Assembly (NCBI GenBank): GCA_947494155.1
Contig: CANLTW010000013.1
Location: forward strand, 1 to 37,304
DNA: 37,304 bases
Reading direction: 5' to 3'
From: Chlamydiota bacterium
Lineage (GTDB): Bacteria > Chlamydiota > Chlamydiia > Chlamydiales > RGXB01
The notes below the pieces were generated by a model. It had not been told where the DNA came from, did no database searches, and was given only the letters and a program-made list of their open reading frames with translations. Position 1 is the first letter of the stretch. Each line of letters starts with the position of its first letter. Of this stretch, positions 8,753-19,570 are shown piece after piece. The position numbers were made by a program, and so were the translations under genes.

Positions 8753-10536
8753 GTGTCCAATTGATCAACTAATTGTTTAAACGCATCTAATGCTTTTTGA
8801 ATCGTTAGGGGGTCCCGAACGTCCACATTAGCATCTTTTAAAATGTCGACAGGCTTTTTAGAACTTCCGGAGCTAATGAACTCTAAGTACCTTTTTTTCC
8901 CTTCAACAGGGTCTTTCAACAAGTTTGCATGTAGCGCCAAACTTGCACTCATCCCTATTGCATACTGATAGACATAAAACGAAGAGTAGAAATGGGGAAT
9001 ACGTAAAGCCTCTACACCTAACAACGGATCAATTACAAAGCTGTCTCCATAATATTTTCGATAAAGATCATTAAAAATACCACAAATATAATCTGCGGTT
9101 AACACACCTTTATTTTCGACGCAGCTATGGGCCTGTTTTTCAAAATTCGCAAACAGGGTTTGACGGTGGATTGTTGCACGTATAGCCTCAGCTTTATAGT
9201 GCAAAAAATATTTCTTAATCTTAGGATCCTGAATTTTTTTCATCAAAAGGTTGTAGAGAAGCTCCTCATGAAAGGTAGAAGCTACTTCCGCTACAAAAAT
9301 GGTGTAAGAGGCATAGGGATAGGGCTGATTTTTATTGCTGTAATAGCTGTGCATACTATGCCCTAGCTCATGAGCCAAAGTAAAAAGATCCCTGATAGAA
9401 CCGGTAAAATTCATCAGAATATAGGGGTAGGATTTATAGTAGCCCGACGAGTAGGCGCCACTTCTTTTACCCGGCCGTTCAAACCAATCGACCCAGCGCT
9501 CATTTTTAAGCCCTTTTTCGGCTATTGCTACATACTCTTCCCCCAACGGGCGAATGGACTCCAATACAAGTTCTATTGCCTCCTCGAGTGTATATTTCAC
9601 CTCGATCTCTTCATACGGTTCCGCATACATATCATATGGGTGGACGTTCTTAAGACCTAATATCTTGCCCTTCCAATCCACATAACGATGGAGCTGCTTA
9701 AGATTCTCCCCCTTTTCTACAGTGTCTAAAAGAGTTTGGTAGACAGATACGGGAATTTCGTTTCCAAATAGTGCTGCCTCCATTGACGAGTCGAATCTCC
9801 TCACCTTGCGATTGAAATCGTTTTCCAAAACCTTTTGATAATAGTTTTCGGTAAGTGTGAGCTTGACTTTCTCAAACGAAGAAAAAAGGTTGTGAAAAGA
9901 ATTTTGACGTAGAGTCCGATCGGAAGATTTGACTAAATTTTGAAATGAAGCGAGGGTTAACGGATATTTTACCCCTTTTGAGTCAACAGCATCATCAAAC
10001 TTCAATTCAACATTGTTCAGAATGCTAAACAGCGAATCACTTCGGTGCGTTACACTGCATAAAGAGAGAATCTTCTCCTCCTCCTCATTCAACGTGTGAG
10101 GACGGCTAGCTAAAATACGCTCTAAGTAACGGGCATACTTTCCCTTAGCCTCGAGATTTTGCATCTTTAGTATTTCTGAGCGCATCCAGCTGGTATTGGC
10201 GTCAAAATCGCTATAAAGGGATTTTGCCTGGTTAAGACGCATCAAATTTTGCTGATCTGCGATATTTCCATCGCTTAGAAGGTGCGCATAAGTGTAGAGC
10301 TTTTCGAGCATCTGGTTGAAATCAAAAAAGGCATCCAAAGAGGCTTCGAGATTTGTAGGGTCTTTCGCTAGTTCGCCTCGAAAACGGAGGACTGCGTCAA
10401 AACCCTGTTTTAACATTTTGTCATAGTTTTGGTCCCAAGCCCTCTCGTCATTGTAAAGCGGCTTAAGATCCCACCTTGAGACATCATCGTGATCATACAT
10501 AAAGGTCATCTTCTTAAATTCGTGAAAAAAAGACAA
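8749..10536 (-). CDS. pepF: Oligoendopeptidase F (M3B)
   Basis: RWDL N-terminus, GKRSGAYS, TLAHELGHSMH (HExxH), IFVAEVAS, RIPHFY. The true start may be a downstream ATG. Confidence 0.95.
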   Translation of the reverse strand: MSFFHEFKKMTFMYDHDDVSRWDLKPLYNDERAWDQNYDKMLKQGFDAVLRFRGELAKDPTNLEASLDAFFDFNQMLEKLYTYAHLLSDGNIADQQNLMRLNQAKSLYSDFDANTSWMRSEILKMQNLEAKGKYARYLERILASRPHTLNEEEEKILSLCSVTHRSDSLFSILNNVELKFDDAVDSKGVKYPLTLASFQNLVKSSDRTLRQNSFHNLFSSFEKVKLTLTENYYQKVLENDFNRKVRRFDSSMEAALFGNEIPVSVYQTLLDTVEKGENLKQLHRYVDWKGKILGLKNVHPYDMYAEPYEEIEVKYTLEEAIELVLESIRPLGEEYVAIAEKGLKNERWVDWFERPGKRSGAYSSGYYKSYPYILMNFTGSIRDLFTLAHELGHSMHSYYSNKNQPYPYASYTIFVAEVASTFHEELLYNLLMKKIQDPKIKKYFLHYKAEAIRATIHRQTLFANFEKQAHSCVENKGVLTADYICGIFNDLYRKYYGDSFVIDPLLGVEALRIPHFYSSFYVYQYAIGMSASLALHANLLKDPVEGKKRYLEFISSGSSKKPVDILKDANVDVRDPLTIQKALDAFKQLVDQLDT

Positions 10537-10570
10537 TCCCTAAACAAAAGATTTCCAGATATTTAAGCTG

Positions 10571-10597
10571 TTAGCAATTGAAAATAGTAACTGCTAA
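10571..10597 (+). promoter_or_regulatory. CIRCE element (HrcA operator) upstream of groESL
   Basis: TTAGCAATT-N9-AACTGCTAA, i.e. TTAGCA-N15-TGCTAA. Confidence 0.88.
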
Positions 10598-10602
10598 ATT
10601 TA

Positions 10603-10631
10603 TTGCGAAAAATTCCACCCCTTGTTAACAT
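10603..10631 (+). promoter_or_regulatory. groESL sigma66/70 promoter
   Basis: TTGCGA-17 bp-TAACAT just downstream of the CIRCE. Confidence 0.65.
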
Positions 10632-10667
10632 CTTTAACAAATTTCAAAAACACCAAGGGAAACCTTT

Positions 10668-12582
<1,915 letters not shown>

Positions 12583-12592
12583 CTTCATGATT

Positions 12593-12629
12593 AAAAAAAA
12601 GCCCCCTTAAAAAAGGGGGCTTTTTTTTT
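12593..12629. terminator. Bidirectional intrinsic terminator after groEL
   Basis: A8-GCCCCCTT-loop-AAGGGGGC-T9. Confidence 0.9.
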
Positions 12630-12672
12630 CATCAGAATGAAAATAGGACCTTCAACTTAGGGGAAACATGTC

Positions 12673-12890
12673 GTGAAAAAAGTTCTTAATCGCACCCCTT
12701 TTATTTCTTTTATCTCCAATTATGTCTTACAGAATGGGCATGTGCTGAAGAAGTTCCCTACGTCGCCGTTACATTTGATTTCGATACGCGGGCAAGGTTA
12801 GGGGATCATTTGATCTGTTATTTGCATGCAAAGTGAATCTCACATAAAAATAATATACCTCTTTTGAATAAGCCGTTTCCACACCCGTCG
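12673..12890 (+). pseudogene. N-terminal remnant of an exported protein, possibly glycosyltransferase family 11-like
   Basis: Frameshifted signal-peptide-like start, then ...VTFDFDTRARLGDHLICYLHAK*ISHKNNIPLLNKPFP with in-frame TGA at 12834. RLGD resembles the GRLGN motif of GT11; family call is tentative. Confidence 0.35.
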
Positions 12891-13110
12891 GCAGTGAAAA
12901 AGAAAACTAGTGGTCATGCAGCCCTAGGTTTCCAAGACAAACATTACGAATCTCTTCCCTTTTCAATATAACTATTTGAAAACAATTTAACCTAGCGTGA
13001 TAAGGGGATATTTCTAGGCATATGCGTCTCTTTTATATCCACGGATTTGAATAAACGGAAAAGAGCTTGACTGTCAGGGGGGCGTTTGTTAGTTATCAAA
13101 ATAAGTTTTT

Positions 13111-13926
13111 ATGATCGATTATTTCCATTTAGATTCTTTTCATCCCGAGGGTATAAAAGCCTTTCACATCGGCTCTGTTCGTGATGTTATTGAGGGATCG
13201 GTCGACATGCGTCTAAAGATTCGCCGGTTTTCAGCTCAAAAATTCCAATATGGTTTTGAGGTAGGATCTTCGCTGAATTTTGATGCGATGGGGGAAGCGA
13301 TTCTTGTAAGTGGTAAGCTTTTCTCAACGTGCACAGATCCTATGCATGAAAGGTATGGCCAGCTTGTATCGGGAGATGAATTTGTAACAAACGGCCTATT
13401 TGCTATCCCTCATAGAACACCCCCTTCATTCCGATTAAAATTGGGCTCCAAAAAAGGCCTCCCTCTGGAGCAAATATACCAGCAAGTTTACCAAAAGGTT
13501 GCAAAGCCGTTTGCTTTTTGCGGTTGGATGACATTTGCTTCTTTTCACGCAACTTTTATCGAACAATCACCCACTAAGGGGAAAAATATTTTTGAAAATA
13601 AAAATTTTTATTACTCTAACCCTCCGTTGCTCCGCGGCAAAGAGTACGGTTTTGCCAAAGGGGTTGTTGCCGATTTTAATGACACTTTAATGAGGGACGT
13701 AAACGCCTCTCTAAAGACTGTCCTATATCATAATCCTTTTGAAAAAAGTACCCAGCTTTCATCGCATGCGCATATTTTGACTTTAAACAGCTTTTGCAAA
13801 ACCGAACTTGCTATCAGCGGTGGCCATGCTAGAGAGTGCTTGCACCTTTTTTGCGAACAATCTGTTATCACACACGCGAATCTAAAAATATTCATAATTG
13901 AGAGCGTGGAGGACTATTTGGAATGA
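13111..13926 (+). CDS. alsD: Divergent alpha-acetolactate decarboxylase-like protein
   Basis: GE...G motif (AMGEAILVSG) and HxH...GGH Zn-ligand pattern (SHAHIL...SGGH); overlaps the alsS start. Confidence 0.6.
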   Translation: MIDYFHLDSFHPEGIKAFHIGSVRDVIEGSVDMRLKIRRFSAQKFQYGFEVGSSLNFDAMGEAILVSGKLFSTCTDPMHERYGQLVSGDEFVTNGLFAIPHRTPPSFRLKLGSKKGLPLEQIYQQVYQKVAKPFAFCGWMTFASFHATFIEQSPTKGKNIFENKNFYYSNPPLLRGKEYGFAKGVVADFNDTLMRDVNASLKTVLYHNPFEKSTQLSSHAHILTLNSFCKTELAISGGHARECLHLFCEQSVITHANLKIFIIESVEDYLE

Positions 13927-15572
13927 AAAATGGTGCGCAGCTAATTGTAGAAAGTATGGAATTTGAAGGGGTAGAGATCGTTTTTGGGCTACCCGGTGCT
14001 AAAATTGACCCTCTATTTAATGCACTGATCGACAGTTCTGTCCGGATGATCCTCTGTCGCCATGAGCAGCATGCCGCCTTGATGGCACAACTGTACGGCA
14101 GGATCACGGGCAAGCCGGGAGTTGTGATAACAACCTCGGGACCCGGGGTGGCCAATATGGTGACTGGGCTGTTGACAGCTACTACCGAGGGGGATCCCGT
14201 GGTTGCGATTGGAGGCAGCAATCCCCGCTCAATGAAATATAGAAAAGCGTATCAAATTTGCGACAACATATCATTGACAAAAGCTGCCACAAAGTCCAGC
14301 GTCGAGGTAGTGGACTCATCAGCGATCCCAGAAATATGCGCGCAGGCATTTAAAAAAGCTCTCGAGCCAAGAAGAGGGGCTGTATTTATTAGCGTTCCTA
14401 AAGATGTTTTATTAGAAAATGTGGATGTTGAGGGATTCGAAAAGAGGGTGCCTTTTATTCTTGGTCCTGCCGATGAGAAGGCCATAGATGAGGCGGTAGC
14501 CTTGATCGATCAGGCGCAGTCCCCAGCTTTTCTTTTAGGTATGGAAGCAAGCCAACCCAGAAATTGCGCTGCAATTAGGGATCTTTTTCGGGAATGTCCT
14601 TTGCCTGTGGCATCGACTTATCAAGGGGCCGGGGTCGTTCCACGAGAATTCGAGCACCTGTTTGCAGGGAGCGTAGGCCTTTTTAAAAATCAGATAGCCG
14701 ACAAGATGCTCGATCAGGCCGATACCATTATAGCTATCGGTTTTTCCGCCGTTGAATATGATTCTGGGATTTGGAATAAACAGCATAAAAAGAAAAGGAT
14801 CATCCATATTGACTGGGCTCCGGTAGATCTTCACTTGACCTACAACCCTTCTGTAGAACTTATTGGCGATATTGCTAAGACCGTGGAGTTGATAAAAGAA
14901 AAATTAAAAAACCGATCGAAAAAAAGAAACTTTGAGAATTCTAGAGACTACCGCCAGCAACTAGAAGAGATCATCAGCTCAGGCGCCTCAAAAAACAACA
15001 TGCCTATGCATCCATTACGATTTATCCATGACTTAAGGTCTTTACTTGATGACGAGGACATCGTTATCTGCGATATCGGTTCGGTTTACATGTGGATATC
15101 GCGCTATTTCTTAACTTACTCCCCGCGTCATTACCTCACCAGTAATGGTCAGCAAACTCTGGGTATCGCCCTACCTTGGGCGATAGCGGCAAGGCTTATT
15201 TTCCCGGAAAAAAAGATCCTATCGATTTCAGGGGACGGGGGGTTTTTGATCTCATCCCAAGAACTTGAAACCGCAGTGAGGGAAAATCTCCCTTTTGTCC
15301 ATTGCGTCTGGGTCGACGGAGCCTTCGATATGGTCAAACAACAGCAGCAGATCAATTTCAAACGGGAATGCATGGTAAAATTAGGCAAAGTAGATTTAGT
15401 GAAGTATGCAGAAAGTTTTGGTGCTCTTGGCTACCGAGTTGCTCAAGCAGCAGAACTCCTCCCCATATTAAAGAAAGCAATTGCATCCAAACGCCCTTGC
15501 ATCGTAGAAATTGCTATAGATTATTCGGAAAATAGAGCCCTTTTTGAGTCTATAAAAACAGAAATAGGGTAA
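13923..15572 (+). CDS. alsS: Catabolic acetolactate synthase (ThDP-dependent)
   Basis: FGLPGAKID, RHEQ, TSGPG, SNGQQTLGIALPWAI (catabolic AlsS type) and SGDGGF ThDP motif. Confidence 0.92.
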   Translation: MKNGAQLIVESMEFEGVEIVFGLPGAKIDPLFNALIDSSVRMILCRHEQHAALMAQLYGRITGKPGVVITTSGPGVANMVTGLLTATTEGDPVVAIGGSNPRSMKYRKAYQICDNISLTKAATKSSVEVVDSSAIPEICAQAFKKALEPRRGAVFISVPKDVLLENVDVEGFEKRVPFILGPADEKAIDEAVALIDQAQSPAFLLGMEASQPRNCAAIRDLFRECPLPVASTYQGAGVVPREFEHLFAGSVGLFKNQIADKMLDQADTIIAIGFSAVEYDSGIWNKQHKKKRIIHIDWAPVDLHLTYNPSVELIGDIAKTVELIKEKLKNRSKKRNFENSRDYRQQLEEIISSGASKNNMPMHPLRFIHDLRSLLDDEDIVICDIGSVYMWISRYFLTYSPRHYLTSNGQQTLGIALPWAIAARLIFPEKKILSISGDGGFLISSQELETAVRENLPFVHCVWVDGAFDMVKQQQQINFKRECMVKLGKVDLVKYAESFGALGYRVAQAAELLPILKKAIASKRPCIVEIAIDYSENRALFESIKTEIG

Positions 15573-15624
15573 AAAAAAGCCAAAGCACTATTAACCTTTT
15601 TCGTCTGTGACACCGAGGTGAAAT

Positions 15625-15791
15625 TTGTCATTTGGAAGGTATAGAATGTTTACACCTCGCCAGGTCGCGCGCATGCAATCTTTTCCTGAATCTTTCCAGC
15701 CGACTTCGATCAATTCAACGAACTATAGGGTGCTTGGCAATGTTGTTGCTTTGGTAGTAATCTGGCATGTGATGCGAAGCATCGTCAAAGC
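15625..15791 (+). pseudogene. C-terminal remnant of a DNA (cytosine-5) methyltransferase
   Basis: RMFTPRQVARMQSFP...YRVLGNVV matches motifs IX and X of C5-MTases; motifs I-VIII are absent. Confidence 0.8.
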
Positions 15792-16058
15792 GCTGAGAAT
15801 ACAGGTTGTGATGGCTCGATTATCGTGGCAAAAATCAAAGAGAGTAAACCGGGAACGACCTTTGATGCGCTGAATGAAGTATTTGTAGATGCTTATAAGT
15901 CTGGAATTGTCGATCCTACAAAGGTGACACGTGCTGCTTTGCAACATGGTGCATCATCAGCAAGCCTCCTATTAACGACAGAACTCACGATCACCACTCT
16001 ACCCAAAAAAGAGGCTCCTGCAGCGCCTCCGATGGGCGGAATGGGCGATATGATGTAG
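15792..16058 (+). pseudogene. groEL: Displaced groEL 3' fragment (direct repeat copy 2, attR-like)
   Basis: Encodes the last 88 GroEL residues with one amino-acid change; no convincing start of its own. Confidence 0.92.
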
Positions 16059-16064
16059 TTGGAT

Positions 16065-16098
16065 AAAAAAAAGCCCCTTTTTTTTAGAGGGGCTTTTT
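16065..16098. terminator. Bidirectional intrinsic terminator after groEL fragment
   Basis: A8-GCCCCT...AGGGGC-T5, similar to the terminator at 12593. Confidence 0.85.
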
Positions 16099-16099
16099 A

Positions 16100-16411
16100 T
16101 TAAGATTGAATAGTCTTCATTGGGATTGCTATTTCGTTAATATCCAAACGAATCATTTCTAATTTTTTGTTATTAGCCAGTTTTTCATCTATGGGGTGAT
16201 AAACATTCTTGTCATACCATGTTTCAATATCAAAAGACCATCCGAGAAGTGATATATAGCTTTAAAATTGAGCTACTGCCGCGATTACTTTTACTAAATG
16301 AAGACCAAAATTTGTAGTGTGATACTTTAAACTTTTAGAACTTACTTCGAAAGCGCAATTCTGATTATCATTAAATTCCGCATAAGCGTTTGTCAGTTGG
16401 TTAGGCATCAT
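16100..16411 (-). pseudogene. 103-codon hypothetical gene with one internal TAA
   Basis: G-rich SD, then MMPNQLTNAY...HLVKVIAAVAQF*SYISLLGWSF...IQS. Internal stop at 16264-16262; ends at the bidirectional terminator. Confidence 0.55.
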
Positions 16412-16684
16412 AATCCCCCCCTAATATACCCTTTATAATTATAAGAATTTTTTATTTTTTTTCAATACACTTACTAACTAGCTTGTATTCAGACAGATAC
16501 AACAATTCTATAGGAGGATGTATGAACAGGATGGTTATTCGGCTCTTTTTTTTGTTAACAAGTTCAGTTTCATGAGGTTAACTTGGGTCTTGTCATAGAT
16601 CTCATCATCTAAAAAGCAAAAAAAAGTTTTCTTCTAATCTTCACCTCGATAGTAAGAGATTTAAGATTGTCAAAAAGGGCGGTT

Positions 16685-17371
16685 ATGAAAAAACTTTTCG
16701 TTGTGCTTTTCTTTATAGCGATTCTGTTGGGTATAGGAGGAGCGGTGCTTTATTCCAATCGAGTTCCCCTCATAAATCGGAACCTTTCTTCGCTTTTTTC
16801 TGTGCCTGTTTTCCTAGAGAAATTCGATTTGACGTCACGGTCGATATCTATTGGAGGATTTGTGATCAAAAACCCTCCCAAATCCGTAGTTCCCAACGCT
16901 ATGACAGTCAATTCTATCCAGATCAATTCTCCTCTATGGAATTACCTTGGGTCCCACACTGAGATTGATAGCATCTTGGTTAATGGAATTGACGTAGACG
17001 TAGAGTTTTACGACCCATTATTTCAAAAAATGAATTGGGATCCTATTTTAGGCTCCTCTTCGAGTAAAACGGCTGAGGCTTCAAAAGACTCCACCTCCTC
17101 CGTTGCGGTTAAAAAATTCACTATACAGAACCTGCGGATTACCCTAAGATTACCAAATCAAGCTCCCCAGGTCTACTCGGTTAGGGGCCCGGTAGTTTAT
17201 CAAAACCTTGATTCTCGAGAGGGGGGGATAACTAAGGTAGTAGCGGACCTAATTGTGCGTATGATTATGCAACAGGTCTTCTCCGTGCAAGGGCTCACAA
17301 AATTCAGTGAATCTCTTTTTGACGATGCAGTAGCACCTCTTAAAAATTTAGTCCCGGTTCCGCTCCCCTAA
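16685..17371 (+). CDS. AsmA-like / DUF748-like membrane-anchored protein
   Basis: MKK + TM anchor, beta-rich, IKNP and I..I.V.G..V..E.....NW pattern. Confidence 0.65.
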   Translation: MKKLFVVLFFIAILLGIGGAVLYSNRVPLINRNLSSLFSVPVFLEKFDLTSRSISIGGFVIKNPPKSVVPNAMTVNSIQINSPLWNYLGSHTEIDSILVNGIDVDVEFYDPLFQKMNWDPILGSSSSKTAEASKDSTSSVAVKKFTIQNLRITLRLPNQAPQVYSVRGPVVYQNLDSREGGITKVVADLIVRMIMQQVFSVQGLTKFSESLFDDAVAPLKNLVPVPLP

Positions 17372-17387
17372 AATTTGCAACAACCCC

Positions 17388-17417
17388 TTGCAATAAATAG
17401 ACTTACCATGCTATTGT
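17388..17417 (+). promoter_or_regulatory. Candidate tRNA promoter
   Basis: TTGCAA-18 bp-TATTGT with a TG upstream of the -10, 10 bp before the tRNA. Confidence 0.5.
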
Positions 17418-17427
17418 TTTCTCATAT

Positions 17428-17499
17428 TCCTCGATAGCTCAGCGGTAGAGCAGCGGACTGTTAATCCGTTGGTCGTAAGTTCGAATCTTACTCGGGGAG
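17428..17499 (+). tRNA. tRNA-Asn (GTT)
   Basis: Acceptor TCCTCGA/TCGGGGA, D-arm AGCTCAGCGGTAGAGC, anticodon loop CTGTTAA, GTTCGAATC T-loop; CCA not encoded. Confidence 0.97.
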
Positions 17500-17613
17500 T
17501 TGAAAAAGCCCTTCTTTATGGAGGGCTTTTTACTTTCCCCTTTCTTTCGTCGGCGGTTGCCCTGTTCGGGAAAGTTCGCGTGAATACGAAAAAAGCCCTT
17601 TCTCATTCTGGAT
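17456..17613 (+). repeat. tRNA-Asn 3' half + terminator + downstream, direct repeat copy 1
   Basis: About 158 bp repeated imperfectly at 19190-19346. Confidence 0.93.
17503..17531 (+). terminator. Intrinsic terminator after tRNA-Asn
   Basis: AAAAAGCCCTTC-loop-GGAGGGCTTTTT. Confidence 0.85.
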
Positions 17614-17701
17614 AATGGGTTTGTTTTGGAAAAAAAACATAAACGAAAAATTTTTCATTACACTTTTTGCGTCCGACCTTTGCGTATTGAGTATTGAGAT
17701 C

Positions 17702-17729
17702 TTGCATTTTTGCGACTATGCTTTATAAT
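17702..17729 (+). promoter_or_regulatory. Candidate sigma66/70 promoter for the islet genes
   Basis: TTGCAT-16 bp-TATAAT. Confidence 0.55.
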
Positions 17730-17832
17730 CTCTTAACTATCCTGGAGTATCGGTGCTTTAGTAGATGAAAGATAATTTTTTAATTAGGCGGCTATTCCTG
17801 AAAAATGAGAATGGCCCAGAGGGATGTGATTT

Positions 17833-18240
17833 ATGAGCGTACCATTAAAAGCGGGAGCGGTTACAGTTACCCATGCTAATTCAGATAAGGATAACCAGAT
17901 TTTCATAGCAGCAGAGGCGATATGGGGAATAAAATCTGACAAACTTCCTCAAGAAAAGTTTGATGAATTAAAGACTGTGTTGGTAGGTAATCTCACAAGA
18001 CAATACGGACCCTATACAGTTGAGAGTAAACCTCTTGGTTCGGGAAATGTTTTTATGATTTACATGGATCCAAAAGTTCTAAAGACCTCCTACCAAAAAA
18101 GCCCATGTTCACTGGGTACATGTATGGTCACAAACGCAGCTTTTAAATGTGTCCGATGTCAAGAAGCCATGTATTGTTCAAAAGAACATCAGATTCAAGA
18201 TTGGTCACGGCATAAAGTTGAATGTATTTCAAAGAAATAG
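17833..18240 (+). CDS. MYND zinc-finger domain protein
   Basis: C-terminal CSLGTC...CVRC..AMYCSKEHQIQDWSRHKVEC matches the zf-MYND consensus. Confidence 0.85.
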   Translation: MSVPLKAGAVTVTHANSDKDNQIFIAAEAIWGIKSDKLPQEKFDELKTVLVGNLTRQYGPYTVESKPLGSGNVFMIYMDPKVLKTSYQKSPCSLGTCMVTNAAFKCVRCQEAMYCSKEHQIQDWSRHKVECISKK

Positions 18241-18288
18241 CCGCTATACAGAAAGTGGGAATTCGTTTTTATTAACAAGATAATAATT

Positions 18289-18981
18289 ATGCAGATAAGT
18301 GAAATAAAAGATAAATTAAGAAAAAAAGCTGTTGTGTTTCAAACAGGTGGCGCGCGGCCAGAAAATAATATTTTCAGGCAATCATGGATAGGTAAAGTCA
18401 AATTAGGCTACACAGAAGAGGCTTGTCCTATAGATGTGAATCAGCAGCCGATGTTTCCTCTTATGCAATTGTGTTTGGCAGATTTACCGTTTATTCCTAA
18501 AGCACTTCAAAATACAAAAGTACTGACAGTATTTATATCTTCCGATTTTCTTGACGATGAAGAAGGAAATTTTTGCATCCGTGAATATTCTAATTTAGAA
18601 GATCTTGTTGAAAAAGATTTTGGAAATAGTATTGAGGGGGTCAAGCCATTTCCACTTTTTCCACAATTGATCGAAAATGATTTTCCCGCATGGGAAGATG
18701 GTGATGATATTTCCAGTGATGTTGCTGATATCATCCTTCTTAGAGAAAAAGGCATTGAATACCGCGAAGACATTTATGAAGAGAAAGAGGCAATGCATAA
18801 GATTGGGGGTTATGCAAATTATTGCCGAGGCGACCATGCAATATTTAAAGCTGGTAACGAATTTCTCCTCCAAATAGCCACAGATTACAAAGCAGGACTA
18901 GAGATAGGGCAAGCGGGTAATATCTATTTTGCCAAAAATCTCATCACTAACGAATGGCAAGCTCTCTGGGATGCCTACTAG
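18289..18981 (+). CDS. YwqG / DUF1963 family protein
   Basis: SWIG, PMFPLMQL, HKIGGY, FLLQI, G..G.IYF, WD pattern. Confidence 0.8.
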   Translation: MQISEIKDKLRKKAVVFQTGGARPENNIFRQSWIGKVKLGYTEEACPIDVNQQPMFPLMQLCLADLPFIPKALQNTKVLTVFISSDFLDDEEGNFCIREYSNLEDLVEKDFGNSIEGVKPFPLFPQLIENDFPAWEDGDDISSDVADIILLREKGIEYREDIYEEKEAMHKIGGYANYCRGDHAIFKAGNEFLLQIATDYKAGLEIGQAGNIYFAKNLITNEWQALWDAY

Positions 18982-19189
18982 AAACATATTTCCTATGTCT
19001 TGAAATTGATTGTGAATCTGACCTGTTTTTCGAGAGCCACTTTTCTGAACTTTGCTCCAAAAATGCTCCAGTAGTCCGCAATATCTTGCCACATTTCACC
19101 AAACTTTGCCTTGAATAGAATCACCCTAATTCCTTAGAATTATTGCTGTTACACGTTTTTCAGCTGTTGTGGAGTACGGCAGCTTAGAA

Positions 19190-19346
19190 GACTGTTAATC
19201 CGTTGGTCGTAAGTTCGAATCTACCTCTGGGAGTTGAAAAACCCTTCTTTATGGAGGGCTTATTGATTTCCCCTTTCTTTCGTCGGCGATTGCCCTGTTA
19301 GGGAAAGTTCGCATGAATACGAAAAAAGCCCGTTCTCATTCTGGAT
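19190..19346 (+). repeat. Degenerate tRNA-Asn 3' fragment + downstream, direct repeat copy 2 (attR-like)
   Basis: GACTGTTAATCCGTTGGTCGTAAGTTCGAATCT is identical to the tRNA; T/acceptor stem mutated; 5' half absent. Confidence 0.93.
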
Positions 19347-19570
19347 GTAGCCGCCTTCATCCTTGAAGAATAGCCCAAAAAACAACCTCTCACCGCATCG
19401 GAGCTCTAACCGCTTTAAGCTATTTGACTGGATCAAGTGGTCATGATGCCCGTTCTTATGGACTTTCCGTTTGAGGTCTAAATGGCTTCGCCTCTTAAAA
19501 TTTTCTATCAATATCTCTGGTGTTAAATAGAAAAATGTAATAGAATCTTTCTGTTCAAGGTGTATTTTTT

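Larger units (their letters stand above)
12583..16058. mobile_element. Degenerate genomic islet integrated at the groEL 3' end
   Basis: Bounded by groEL-3' direct repeats. Cargo is alsD-like, alsS and gene remnants; no integrase visible. Confidence 0.7.
17614..19346. mobile_element. Small integrase-less islet integrated in tRNA-Asn
   Basis: Flanked by tRNA-3' direct repeats that begin at the anticodon stem-loop; AT-rich cargo. Confidence 0.75.

Noticed and set aside
15825..16058. Second functional groEL paralogue or 77-aa mini-chaperonin
   Set aside because: Only the 3' 267 bp, joined to an MTase remnant; better explained as an att duplication.
16522..16575. 17-aa ORF MNRMVIRLFFLLTSSVS with a strong GGAGG SD
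   Set aside because: Looks like a leftover signal-peptide stub, has no GG motif, and cannot be supported as functional.
19190..19233. Second tRNA-Asn gene
   Set aside because: Lacks the 5' acceptor strand and D-arm; stems are mutated.
18898..19511. Minus-strand ORFs 18898-19092 and 19260-19511 as integrase remnants
   Set aside because: No tyrosine/serine recombinase motifs recognisable; they overlap a real gene or the att repeat.
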